DNA from: Phoronis australis
Lineage: Eukaryota; Animalia; Phoronida
Reading direction: 5' to 3'
Length of the DNA: 64,000 nucleotides
Assembly (NCBI GenBank): GCA_002633005.1
Contig: NMRA01000408.1
Coordinates: 186,001-250,000, forward strand
In this document: in pieces, positions 38,101 to 50,800 of the stretch
Numbering within the stretch: position 1 is the stretch's first letter
Layout: each line of letters starts with the position of its first letter
The notes under the pieces: model-generated
What the model saw: only the letters and a program-made list of their open reading frames with translations
Told to the model about the DNA's origin: nothing
Database searches by the model: none
Position numbers and translations under genes: made by a program

Positions 38101-38905
38101 TTGCCCGTTGGTGACAATGAAATGTGCCACCGATTAGTATTTTACGAAATGATATACATGCATTAACTTCATACTTGAATTACCTCAGCGAAGAACAACT
38201 CTTGCTCTTTTTCACTTCAAACAAAGAGGAGTATTGGGGGTGATGACGAACCCTGAAACATTGAACGGAAATTATATTTTATTAAAAACTGTGTAAAAGG
38301 GCATTCAGTTGTTTCGAACACATAAGAAATTTGTATCTATATTGTAAAACGACATTTCATCGATGCCCTGACTCGCCACACAACTGATTTCTTTTGTCCC
38401 AAACTAGAAGCGCTATATGTCGAATTTTTTGCCTATAAGACTTACAGACAACGTTATCAAGCATGTATTGTATTTAACAAGTTTAAAATAGAATTTCCGA
38501 GTATCAGAATGGTGGGCAGATGTCATTTATTCGCAATATTTCGATATAAAAATAGATGATACCAAGGATCACATCGAAACACGCACTCGAGTTTTAAAAT
38601 GAGAATTTTAGGTAAAAAGCGGAGATAGTACTTCTCGCAGTAACAAAAAGTCCAAAAACAGCATGTGTACGTATTTGTAAAACAAAACAACCGCTTATAT
38701 GAGATCTATACCAGAAATCGATCAGCGTGCGCGCGATAATCTCATCGCTCGCCTCGGGTTCATCATTTTCTGCAAGTTCGATAGTTTCTGCCGTTCTGTG
38801 ATGATGTTCTTCGATAAAGTCGGTTTCTGATAACTTGATAGCCCTGAGAACGTTTTTTAGAATACTCCACCGCTTGAGCTCAGCTCCCACACAAATCGTC
38901 GCCAT
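33778..38905 (-). CDS. Tandem HTH (psq/Brinker-type + CENP-B-type) x2 DNA-binding protein, pogo/Tigger-derived, no DDE domain (3 exons, ~543 aa)
   Basis: Exons 38712-38905, 38184-38252 and 33778-35146 join in phase 2-2 with GT-AG sites (1632 nt). The last exon encodes two copies of Y..EK..V..A...GV.SIARQ.K.PQSTLSTWKK, each followed by LE....W+.QQ....VT...IK.K..EL.......S..WL..F..RH. AATAAA lies at 33710-33715 (minus). Confidence 0.85.
35907..35984. mobile_element. 78-bp catgggcggcgca MITE in HTH-gene intron
   Basis: TIRs catgggcggcgca / tgcgccacccatg. Confidence 0.75.
36745..36881. mobile_element. catgggcggcgca MITE, inverted dimer
   Basis: Reverse-oriented copy of the 7510 and 35907 family. 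Confidence 0.65.
38184..38252 (-). CDS. HTH-CENPB gene, middle exon (VRHHPQYSSLFEVKKSKSCSSL)
   Basis: tgtttcag|G...AG|gtaatt, 69 nt, phase 2-2, bridges the flanking exons in frame. Confidence 0.7.
38712..38905 (-). CDS. HTH-CENPB gene, first coding exon (MATICVGAELKRW...ARTLIDFW)
   Basis: Good Kozak context accatcATGG; donor TG|gtatag, phase 2. An acceptor-like ttattacag lies 18 nt upstream of the ATG. Confidence 0.72.
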
Positions 38906-41900
38906 GATGGTGCACCGAATTCGCTGTAATAAAACGAAAATATATCAACGAGACGCCCTAGAATAGATATTTCCACTGTCATAGAAATAATCCACTATGC
39001 TAGCACATCAAGTCTGCGTGTACAGTTACAGTTACTAACCACATACATGTATTGGATACGACTCGCTAATTTGTTGTATAATCTAAAGGCCATTTGTAAC
39101 TTGGGCTTCGAAAAATAAGCCCTTGGTCTATAATCAACTTACTGCATAGTAAACTCCGTACAATGTCTTTTCTGTATCAGTTACAGCAAACGATATTTAT
39201 TAATATATGGTTGCCTGTGTTCCAGGGAAGACGAAGCCAAAAACGAAACACAAACTACTAATACTTACAAATGATCCTTTCACAATAGTGACCGAACTCT
39301 TGTTCGGAAACACAGTAGCCAAGCATATCACGATGTATGGCGATGGGTTGGACCGAAACGTTATTACGCACAATGGAAACACGTGGGCACCAGCTGCCAT
39401 TCGTCCGGTCACATTGGTGCGTACACTGCAAAATGTGATCGGATGACTCAAAAGGCTGCTGCCGACACTTGATTGTACGTGTACGTGCGTGTGGCAAAAA
39501 TTCACATTAGCGTGAAATCAGAAATAAATAGAACAACAGTTTTCAAGAAATCGACGAAAATCTTCCAGTAGTGAAAAAAATATTAAAAAGGAATTTTGAA
39601 GTAAAAATTTAGGCCTAAGCTGGTATCATTTCATTTTCTTCTGACTTCTCCGCGAACCGAGACGAGTACGGATGAATCGCAAAAAAAAATCAACTTTTTT
39701 GAGAAAGCTGAATGCCGGGATTTTTGCCCGGGGGTCACTCATATTGACGAGGAGCCCACAGGCGTGTACCAAAAATTTCGGGTAGGTGGTACTTTTTCAG
39801 AAATGGCAGATCGAATTCATATGAAACCATGCTTGACGTAGTATTCTCCATTACGCGGTTACTAATAAATTGTATCTAAACTGTTCCCATTTTTGCACGA
39901 GAAGCTATCAAAGCTAGGACTTTTATGATCTTCATGAAAAAAGTTGCATCAAATGAAAACGAAATATTTTAGAAATTTTTGTTTTTGAACGTCTATATCA
40001 AAGAGAACTTGACGAATTTATTGATATTGTTTTGCTATCAATGTTGGTTTCTATTTGATAAAATTTACTAAAAAGACATGGTCACCGACACATGACAGTT
40101 TGTCCATTTTCAGAAAATATTTACTTTTACGCAGTTAAAATCAAAAATTGCTCCGACTTGTCCATGGATCATACAAAACCTTAACGCGATTTAAAAACAT
40201 CCCTGATAGAAAAACACAAACGAACATTTCACGTTTTTAACCTTCCCAATTTATTAAAAAAACATCACATGACTGAAGAAGAGACACAATGATTTAGGTA
40301 CATGAATACAGTACGATACGAAATGAACTATGAAAAACAACATGGTGAGTAAAAAGTAAAAAACATTACGAAAATTAGAAAACTTTCATAGGTCACAAAT
40401 GGTTGAGAAACATTTCTTAATCGATTGTTTAGAAAGTAGAAAATCACTTCTAAAATATGTGAATAACTAGTTGATCATAACAAAGAATTCCTCCTCTTCC
40501 GTAGCATACAAGCTTAAAATAACGCCAAGACTTTCCGTGCTTCAAGAGCAAGGTCAGTAACGATTACTACAATATGAAGACTAGAATTGCACTTGATAGA
40601 ACATACTTAAAGAAAAAAACGCACGTACAACCTACACTCCTTTGAACAGCCACAAGGCACTGTTCAACAAAATAGAACAGACTGTGAATCGAGACTTGTT
40701 CAACACGCCCCCTATTGACTGCACAGGAGACACCCTAAAAATTAGTTTGTAGTAATCACACATTTGTTAAAAAATTGCATTCAATGTCATTTTTGTGAGG
40801 AAAACTAAAATTTTCCAGAACAGTAAACCGCACACTGCTGATTGTTAAAATGGACAACTGCCCAACAAATTATCACATTGTAACATTAGTTTAATAAAAA
40901 CCTGTCAGATGGCGGTGATTTCATACCCAGCATGGAACCATAAGCCAATATTAGACTGAGTAGGGTTGAACAGTCGGACAAACGCGCTATAAGCATTACG
41001 TGAGAGCAAATAAGGAAAATGGAGAAAGCAATAACTAAACACATCAATAACTAAACATATCGATCTCTCATCATTTGCAGGAGTTACTTATTAGTAAAAA
41101 TAAAACTTTGTAAAATGTCTAGAGCAAGAGTTGACAGGTAGCACCATTCATAACAGTTTTTCAAGTTCCATTTCAAAGACAGTTTCATAACAGTTGGCCC
41201 TTGCATGTCATTCCGAGCCCTGTACACTCACAATAACAGTGTTATGTCAATGCTTCGCTCTATGGATTTGACCACGCTCATTCGATACAATATTGGTCGT
41301 TTTCGGTATGACATTATATGTATTTATAAATAATGTACAGGATAAGGTCACACAGAAATATGACGCACTTTGTATGAATGAGCATGGATTTAACAGCTTT
41401 ACAGTTCTGCAAAATAGGGCTGAATTGTGCGAAGCAAAAATTTGACTTAAAAAACAAAACTTAAAACAGGAGGTTCTAATGAATCACTCTCTGCAGTTAC
41501 GTTTATGTTGAATAAGCACAGACTGTATTTTTTCCATTTAGGCACACCTAGTGAGAGAAACCATGAAAAGGTCAATAGGAACAAATTGCAAGTGATCTCA
41601 TATTAGAGAATACACCCTCTTTGGTTCTGAGCTGACAGTGACTGGTTACAGCAAATAGCAAGCAGCTGAGGGGAGAGAGAAGTAACCCGCCCATAAGGTA
41701 GTCATGGCAACTTATCTCTAGCATGCTCAAGTCAACTTTCAATAGACAGAATGGGGTTTAATATTAAACAGTGTACCTTCTTGAAGTCTGATATTAACAT
41801 ATATTTGTTTGCTGTAAAGCATCTGATAGGACCACAGAATAAGCAAACCTATCTCAAGTATCCAGTAGTCTGAAAGTAAAGTCTCTTTAAAGTATTGCAT

Positions 41901-44657
41901 TAGAAACCTAAACACAGAGGAAGGTTACACTTTGAGGTCACATGTAACAGTCAATGAACTACACCAAAAATAAAACTGTTAAGAAATGCAGTTGCTCCAG
42001 TGAAAGTTGGCCCAGGAAAAACAGCACTAGGCAAACGTACCAGTGAGAATAAACGCTAACATTAAACTGAATGTCCCATCATTTGCACATGAAATGTGGT
42101 AAAGTGTCTTTTATGAATGGTGTGTGAATGGAACATGTAATTGTAAAGAACTTTTCAAGGGATTGTTATTTGTAATCGTATTTGCTGTTCTTGTAAAAAA
42201 GCAACTAAAAAGTCCAGTGGACATCACAGTATTCACCAGGTGATAATAAATAAACATCCGCCTGCTTGGTCACCAATGCAGCCATTTCTATGGGAAGGCT
42301 CTTACTTCACTAGCGACACCTGGTGAATTCCCTATTGGATATGGGCGTGCCTGGTTAACTTATCTCACTGCTGCTTACTTGTGGGGACAGAACCAGCGAA
42401 AAGGAGGATGTCATTATCAGTTGACATGCTTGCACTGTTGCAGTGCAAGCTTAAAATGAATACCAAGTGGTTTGTGTGGGTCCTCACGCTGGAGCAACTA
42501 GACATCTGGACACAACATGGTTTTAGTACACATTTCTCATGATAATCCCAGTTAATAAGTTGAACATTATGTAACTACAACAACCAAATAGAATGAAACA
42601 TATTAAATAACAATTAACGCACTCGTAATTAACCCTAGTCAGTCACTTTGCAATCGTTCAAAAATTCCTTCAGCAGATTTTCAGCAAGTCAGCTGATTTT
42701 GATTTTCACATATACTGTTAGTGCCTACATCTTAATCCACAATCACAGACAGGACCTAGGTCATGTATTTTTGTTCAAGGAACCGGAAATTTTGATTCTA
42801 AAACATTTACTGAACTGAAACTCGTTATATGTAAATTTTCACTGCTTAAAGATGCCAATTCTTGGATTCGTCAGGCTGCAAAGCACTCATGATTGCTGAC
42901 ATTGTACATGGCTAACTCCACTAAAAGACATACAAGATTGTTAACTTGCAGGAGCCAGTTTGCCAAGCATAGACAAAACGGTACAAGCATTAGCAAAACC
43001 AACATCACCTGCCACAGGCCGATGAACTCTTTTGCATCATAAAAGACGTTTCACATTTTACAAAAATAAATTAATAAATTAACAAATTAATAAATAACAC
43101 GCAAATATTTACATATTGATAACAACAATTATGTCACATTGCATTAGACACGGTCACTGATGCGTGCAATAAAACGGTAAAACACGTATCCTCAGTTGGA
43201 ACAACAACACATACTTATGGGAGTTCTCTGCAGACGAATCTGAAAAATATCTGTTGGGGTACAAAAGCTCAAAGTCAAATACACACACAGGTGTATATTT
43301 GGAAGTGATGAATACATGTCTGGGTGTATCAATACTACATCCGCATGCAAATTAAAACCAGGAGAGGGAATACACAAGATGTCAATGTACAATTTTTCTC
43401 GGAGAAACTTTATTGTTGAAAATTTACTTTTGCTGCAGCTTTACAGGCCGCTTTCCGTGAAACTGGGGAAAGTTTTAGGATTCAACCAGGCATATTTTTT
43501 TCCCAAATATAAACGCCGTGGTTGTACCTCATATACGCTCACCAGGCGTGTCAAAAAATGGGCCTTTCAGCAGAGAACTCCAGTATGACTCATTTTGTTA
43601 CGCGAACTTTAACCCCTAACCCACTGCTTGGTTTGTTCGAGCAACCAATACAAAATGAAACCAGGAAATGTTGATACGAATTTCAGTTGCAATTTCATTC
43701 AAAGTTGTAGTCAATCATTTGTATTCCATGATTATTTAAAAAATAAATTATTTCCACAAACAGATTCACTAGAATATCCTGCGTTAACATAATTTTCACG
43801 TACTTTTTGGTACCAATTACTTCTCAATTCACATCTACTTACTCAGACCAACCACTTAACAGATTACTACATCAAAATTCAAAAATCAAAACATTGTCCT
43901 AATGTTTTCCAAGTTAACTTTAAAAACTTAAAGAAGTGATAGTCTAAAATTAAGGTCAAACATCTTGACTAAACCAGCCTTACACCACTTTTTAAACTGT
44001 GTGAACTGCAAGGATAAAGAAAAACTACAAAATGTGACCCTGAGCATATGTAAAGTAGGATGGGTCTATTTTTGATTCACAAATCAAAGCAAGCAGACTA
44101 CTGTCACATTGCTTGACTGGCATTTGACACAACCAATCATAAATGGGCCTGAATTTCATTACATCAGCTTATCCACACAGACTTCAGTTTGTAAGGTTGG
44201 ATTGTATCAACTCAGGGTAAACTGAACAGGTTTAACCAACAACTGGTGACTGAATACAAAACATAAACCTGCTGCTGGTTCCACCAATCAAACCACTGGT
44301 CTGTTTCTGGCTAATCACAATGTAGGACCTCTGATCTCCATTAACAATTGTCCCAGTTCACGAGTAACGGTCCCCCAATTGCTGTTCAATCTATTTCCAA
44401 TTCCAAACTCATAGCCCAGCTTGTAGGAGACGACTCGCATTCACAGCTTATGGGAGACTCCTATCAACAGCTCTTAATTCACCAAAACTAACATGACTAC
44501 ACTGATCACAACCGATAATCATTGGATAACCCTTGTCACATGACCTCCCATACCAGAGCCTATTGGAGACACCTTACGCTATCACCATCAGCTTCACTTC
44601 TCTAAGACAAGTGCAGCTGCACTAACCACAGTAATAATCAGTGGATTATCTCCCATA

Positions 44658-44896
44658 TCACAGTTTGTAAGACAGCTCCCCCTGTGGCCTGCTGCTCAGT
44701 TCCTTGATCCCCTGCTGGATTCTCTTCAGGTGGCCCACCTTACTGATACCCAAGTCTTTGAGGTCTTTCCGTTCCAGTTGCAAGAGTTCTGTGCCGCGGA
44801 TATCGTGACGGATGAATGCGTCACGGTACTCTGTCAGACCGATGGTGGCTAACCATATAGCTACTCTCTCAGGAGACCACTCGCTGACGGGTAAAC
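44658..44896 (-). CDS. DGKD: DGK last exon, SAM domain
   Basis: atgcag|GT...TGA; [52 protein letters not shown] is a SAM domain. Confidence 0.96.
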
Positions 44897-47800
44897 CTGC
44901 ATGAGATGAGTGCGATTTTAACAGGACAAGATAAAGGTATGATATAGGTAAAACTGACCAAGTGGCCTTCAAGATTGAGGTGTGAAGGTTGCATACTTAC
45001 CTATCTCAAGATTCTAGTCAAAGTAAACAACACTTAGATCACACCTACATGATGAAACACCAAAGTTTTATTTCAAGTTAATATAAATGTATCAAAATAT
45101 GTGATATAATTTTACACAATATACAATTTAAATGCCAAACACAAAAAGCAATTTACAAAACCTAAAGAAAATGCGCACTTAATTCCACTACAAGAAGCAC
45201 TGATCAATTTCTTAAATTTTACCTTGCGGCAGGACACCTTTATCCTCACTTTTCTTTCTGTCTTTCTTCAAGAACTTTGGCATGAGCCGGAAGCCTCTTC
45301 CATGTTTGTGTTTGGTATCAAGTTCTTCCTCAGCAATGAACAAGTGAGCGCACACATCCAATATCTGCCTGGTGTCTCCCTCTAGTGTGTTCAGGGCAAC
45401 TGCAAGTCGCTTCACTGGTTCAGCTCTCTGTAGCTGAAACAAAAAATGTCAAAGTTTTAACTTAAAAGTACTACACCTTCAAAACCGTAATTTTCCTTTC
45501 CGTGCAAACATGGGTATTTTCCATACGAAAAACACTGAAAGAGCAAGGATAATTGATTTTGAAAAAATCAACTGGGATAATTGGAATGAATTGTGAGAAA
45601 TTGTGTTCCTTCACATCAAGTGGACAACATAGTGTACTTTTCCAGTCACCAGATGGCACTGTTTTTGATTAACCATTATGTGAATATTTTTGACACAAAG
45701 ATGGCTGCAACATGTTAGCACACACAATTTACATACCACTGTATTAGCCTTCTCAGCCAGGAATACACTGGTCACCTGACACAGGGTCTTGACACTGCTC
45801 ATCAGACCACACATGTGATTACGTACAGCCGGCTGCAAAAGAGAAATGTTTAGCAATGTTAACAACTACTGTTTATAACAATGAATTGAGAGGTTATGTC
45901 GACTGAAGGGCACATGTCTCCGCTTCTCGCTGTATCTGTTGTGTTTCTATTTGTACTTTTTAAATAAAATCACTGAGAGTCCCCACTTATCAAAGCTCCT
46001 CCCAAAACGAGCAAGCTCCTCCCAACACGAGCAAGCTCCTCCCAACACAAACAAGCTCCTCCCAACACAAGCAGGCTCCTCTCGACACAAGCAAGCTCCT
46101 CCCAGCACAAGCAAGCTCCTCCCACCAAACACCACCAAAGCAAGTAACTTCCTTCCCGCCCAGGTGAGCTCCTCCCAATCTAAGCAGGCTTCTCTCCATT
46201 CAAGCAATCTCCTTTGCACACCAACAAGCTTATTCCAAAATGGATAAGCTCCTCCCAAACACATTGTAATGCTCCTCCCCACATAGGTGATACAGACAAA
46301 CTACCTCCCATTCAGACATTAAAGTTCTTACCCATAAATGCAAATGGTAATCGAAACAGATAAGCCCCTCCTACACAAATTACTTCATTTTACACAGCTC
46401 CTTTCTTACAGACAAGTCCTCTCTTACATAGACAAGCTTGTGCCATAGAGGCAAGCTCCTCCCAATACAGACAAGCTCCTCCCTAAAAAAGTAATTCCTT
46501 TCCCACACAGATGAGTGCTGACTTCTCAAACACCACAGACCCCTTGAAGACATACCTCAGCCAGCCTGCCCTCAGGACACAGCAGACCTAAATAGTCAGA
46601 CGTCTCCAGTGCAAGGTGGAACAGTTCGTGCTCCACTGCTCTGTAGTCCGTTGATGCCAGTTTGATGCTGAAAACAGAAGGATTTGTTTAATTCTAATTT
46701 CAAAGAACTTGAACTTGACTGCAAAATGCTACCACACAAAAGGAGTTGAAGTTACTTGCAAAATACTACTGTAACAACACAATTTCCACAAAGGGGTAGG
46801 GTCAAGTTTTGAGTTTTCATACAATCACCTGACATAAATTCAATTGCACGCAATAAACTTCCTAAGGGCCATTGTCCTAGAGTCCCCCAGCTGAGAAATT
46901 TATACAAGTTCTACACATCCAGTACATTAAAAGCCACATAATTATCACAGCAGTCACTAGTACCAGTGAAGGAAGGCCATGGTTGAGTCAAGGAAGCTGT
47001 GTAAGGTGGCCACCTCTTCCTCTGACAAAGAGTACATGCCCGAGGGTGGAGCGCGGTCGTATTTCTGTTTGTAGGACCACGACTTCAGTGTACTCTCAAA
47101 GTCCTGGAATGAGAGCAAAACATGGGATGCATTAGGCAGAATAGACCACTTGCTATGCCACAATTCTGTGGACGTGACACTATTTTCCCGAACCATGAAG
47201 TAGTCAGTTACATAACAACAAAGCATTGACCAAACATGATGATGATGACTGTACAGAGCTCAAACTGCAGTGACTGGTTAAACACCTGTGTTGAGCAAAC
47301 CTAATTTGAATAATTTGCAGGCTATGCTAATTTAATGTCAAAGTAAATGCAGAGAGTGACGTGTACCACCCATGTTTTTTTTTGCTTCAAAACTTACATT
47401 CTGGGAAGAGAAAATGACAGGCTCTTGTATAAAACAACTTGAAATATTCATATCCAAGTATTTCTGTTGACAGTAATGCAAAAACAAGCATTCTGGATTT
47501 GAAAAGAGAAACCAATAGATCATTTGCTAAGTAAACACGTCATATCGTCACTCAAAAACTCAGCAATCAACACCTTCGCACACCAGTTATCAACCACGCC
47601 CCTTACCCTGTCTCTGGTCAACATCTGAGCCCTGTTCTTGTGCTCTATTCGGATGTAACCAGGCGACTGTATCCATGCCTCGCCATCCACTTGCACAGGT
47701 ACCCCCTCATCACCCATGATAGTGATACGGATGGAACGGCACTGAGCGATCCGATGGTACTGGAGATTGATCAACTTGGACATGCCTAACTGCATGGTGC

Positions 47801-50800
47801 CAAACACTGCCACCACCTCCAGGATCTTGTCGTCGAACGACGGCGCAGCAAAGTTCTACAAAAAAGAAATGTGACGAGAAACGTAGAGAATGGATCACAT
47901 TCACGCAGCATTTTCATTTTCCCTGAGTTTTGCAGTATAGGATTATCCATTTTCACAAATTATATTTCCTACAGATAGACTTTTATTCGTGATTTTGGCA
48001 AGAGTAATGGAAATGGTCGGACATATCGTGCCCGAATTTTAAGAACCATTTTTTTTCTCCAATGAATGACGGGCACCAAACTGGTTATCAAAATACGGAC
48101 ACGTTATTTAGACTATTGCCAGGAGAACTGTACGATGGACTGTAATGTAACTCACAAAATTAGTTGAAAATTTTCACCAAAATGAAGTTTTTAATCATCT
48201 TGTGAAAATTCCCACGAATTTACTATTTATTATTTCCTAAATGTTTCTAATATGAATTGAAACGATATTTGTCATCAGGTTTTCCATGACAATTGAAAAC
48301 AAAAAAAAAATGTAATGTTTCTTATATATCTTAATATATCTTAATTTCAAATCGAGAGGCAGTGTGGCCTAGTGAAATAACTTTAGCCTGACAATTTTAA
48401 CACCGTTGTTCTAAATCCAATTTGAAGTGCAAACATTACTTTCAGCATTGTAAGCTGTTCTGCACAGTTCCCTAAAAAACAAATACTTACGTCTTCTTCT
48501 TTCTTTCCGCCCCAAAAATTGATTCCACCACCGTAACTGTAAACACAGAAGAAAATGTAAAAAGTCAGGTTAACATATTAAGTATATTTCAGTGGGAAAA
48601 TGCTGCAAGGAATATTTAAGAAGATTCTTACTTTTCACATTTACGTGGTTTAAGATTATGCCAGACCCTCAAAAAATAAGGCTAACTTCAGAACACCATA
48701 TCTCAGAAACGGCAAATTGGATTCAAACGGAACTTTCAGATATTATGCTTTATGCACTCTAAACTAAACGATAATTAGAAAACTGTAAAATAGTTTTGAG
48801 ATTTCAAATTAAACATGTTATATTAAATAAAATTTGGTTTTGTTATTGATGTAAGAAAAGGGAATGTGACAAGAGCAATGACAACAGCATTTTTCTCATT
48901 TTATGTGATTTCAACACTTGTTTCAGGTTTTACAAAAATTCATTTAGGTACAGTTTCTTCAAAACATTTTTACTAAAAACATTATACATGTTGCAAGCTG
49001 ATGTCTCGGAGTTTTGAAATACAGCTTAGCTTTGACTTTATAAATTTTTCAAACATCCATTGCAGATTATGACCCGATCCTGATTATTTGAATTTATTAA
49101 AATCTCGACTGAGGCTTTTTCAAAACTCTAAGAGTGACACTAATACAATTCAAGCATCAAATAAAAACATTTTCAACATTTTTAAGAAAATGCATCCCAT
49201 TTGGAAGAAACAATGTACTGTGATGTTTTGATTAGTAAAAAAATGAAGAAATCACGACACGTAAGAAAATCTCAATTTTTGTCAACCTAGTGAAATTCGT
49301 CATACATTGCTCTTTCTCAATTTATTAACCACATGTTTGAAAAACAATGTGATGCCTAGGAACTCATGGAAGAATAGTCATTTATTAGTATAGGATGCAC
49401 TTATTGATGCTTGGCACCACTTCAATGAATTCCAAAAGCTTTACACACAATTTATGCACAAACTCTCAACATTGCGACTCTGTATTTTCCAACGCGTGTT
49501 TGAAACACTAGTTTGCCGGGGAGATTAGTCCTTACTTAATAAATGGGGCATATATTGATGTTTTGGCATCACTGCAGTGAATTCCCACGCTTTATTGGAC
49601 AAACTACACACTAAAGTTAACAGCATGTATGGAATTAAATAATCCCCATACAGTCTCAACTGTCCTTAATGTAGGTCACTCTATCATAATTATACATTAC
49701 CTGGGAATGTTAAGGACCACCAGCCCCTGTAAACTGGGCAGTGGTATACGTTGTCCATCACACTCTAACTGGACACGCTGGTCAAGGTTCTTGAATGTTT
49801 TGTTCACCAACTCTTTTCCAATCATAACTCCATACCACATCATATTCTTACGGCGACTCCTGCAACACAGCAAGGCATTCGGAGTCTCCTAATAACTCAC
49901 AATGATGGAGAAAAATTATTGCAAACTTTAATGAGGAATTATAGGCTTAATGGAGGCACTACTGTGTTCCTTTAAAGTGGAACTTGCACGCTAATTCCTT
50001 ATCTCTGTGATTGCTTCGTCAAATTATTTAGAAACACAACATATAGCGACGATGTGAATATGAAGTACGTTGAAAATTGCCAAATGTTTTCAAGAACGAG
50101 TTTTGTGTTGAAGGTGATCTGCCGTAAATCACTCAACTGTATCCAGAAAGTATTGTGACGTGGTGTTGGGGAATAACACTACATGATGTGAGTTATCTGA
50201 GCCCCTAAGGTACGTCATAAGTGCAAAGGTTACACCTTTGCAGAATTTTTTGTTTTCACATCAATTTACAAGTTGTCAATGAATACAACTGCACTTTGTT
50301 TAGTGCAGATGATGTTCCAATAGCATTGACATTTAGCATAGTTAGGGAGCATGCATTTTTCAATTCATACTTAGGATTATTATCAAATAGACACTGCTGA
50401 AGATGAAAATATAAAATCAGCATACACAGTATATATCATACAGTTCCAAAATTAATAAGGACTACGAATTCATTTTTCAAAAACACTGTTGTTCCTTTTT
50501 ATTGATGATATGGTCGAAAACAGATATAATAACTACTGGTCAGGTGCACACGAATAAACCAGCAACAGGAAAGATCTGCTGTTCACTACTTAAAACGTGT
50601 TGAAGTCATGTTAATCAGTCCAAGCTCTGCTGCATTGCCTCAGCACGGACCTTACCATATTGCTAGCAACACAACCCGCAGGTTACTAAAGAGCTGTGAC
50701 ATTACTGGGCACACTGTCGACTCACCTGCATTTCTCAGGGTGCTCCTCCCGTTTGTTGTGAAAATCGAGAGTGATTTTGGCATCAACACCGATTCCAAAG

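Noticed and set aside
45939-46282. Overlapping repetitive ORFs on both strands
   Set aside because: Translation of the intronic minisatellite; the DGK model is already in phase without it.
50656-50693. Possible extra DGK cassette exon (cacag|...|gtaagg)
   Set aside because: It would need a ~32-nt upstream intron, and its 38 nt would break the frame in the catalytic domain.
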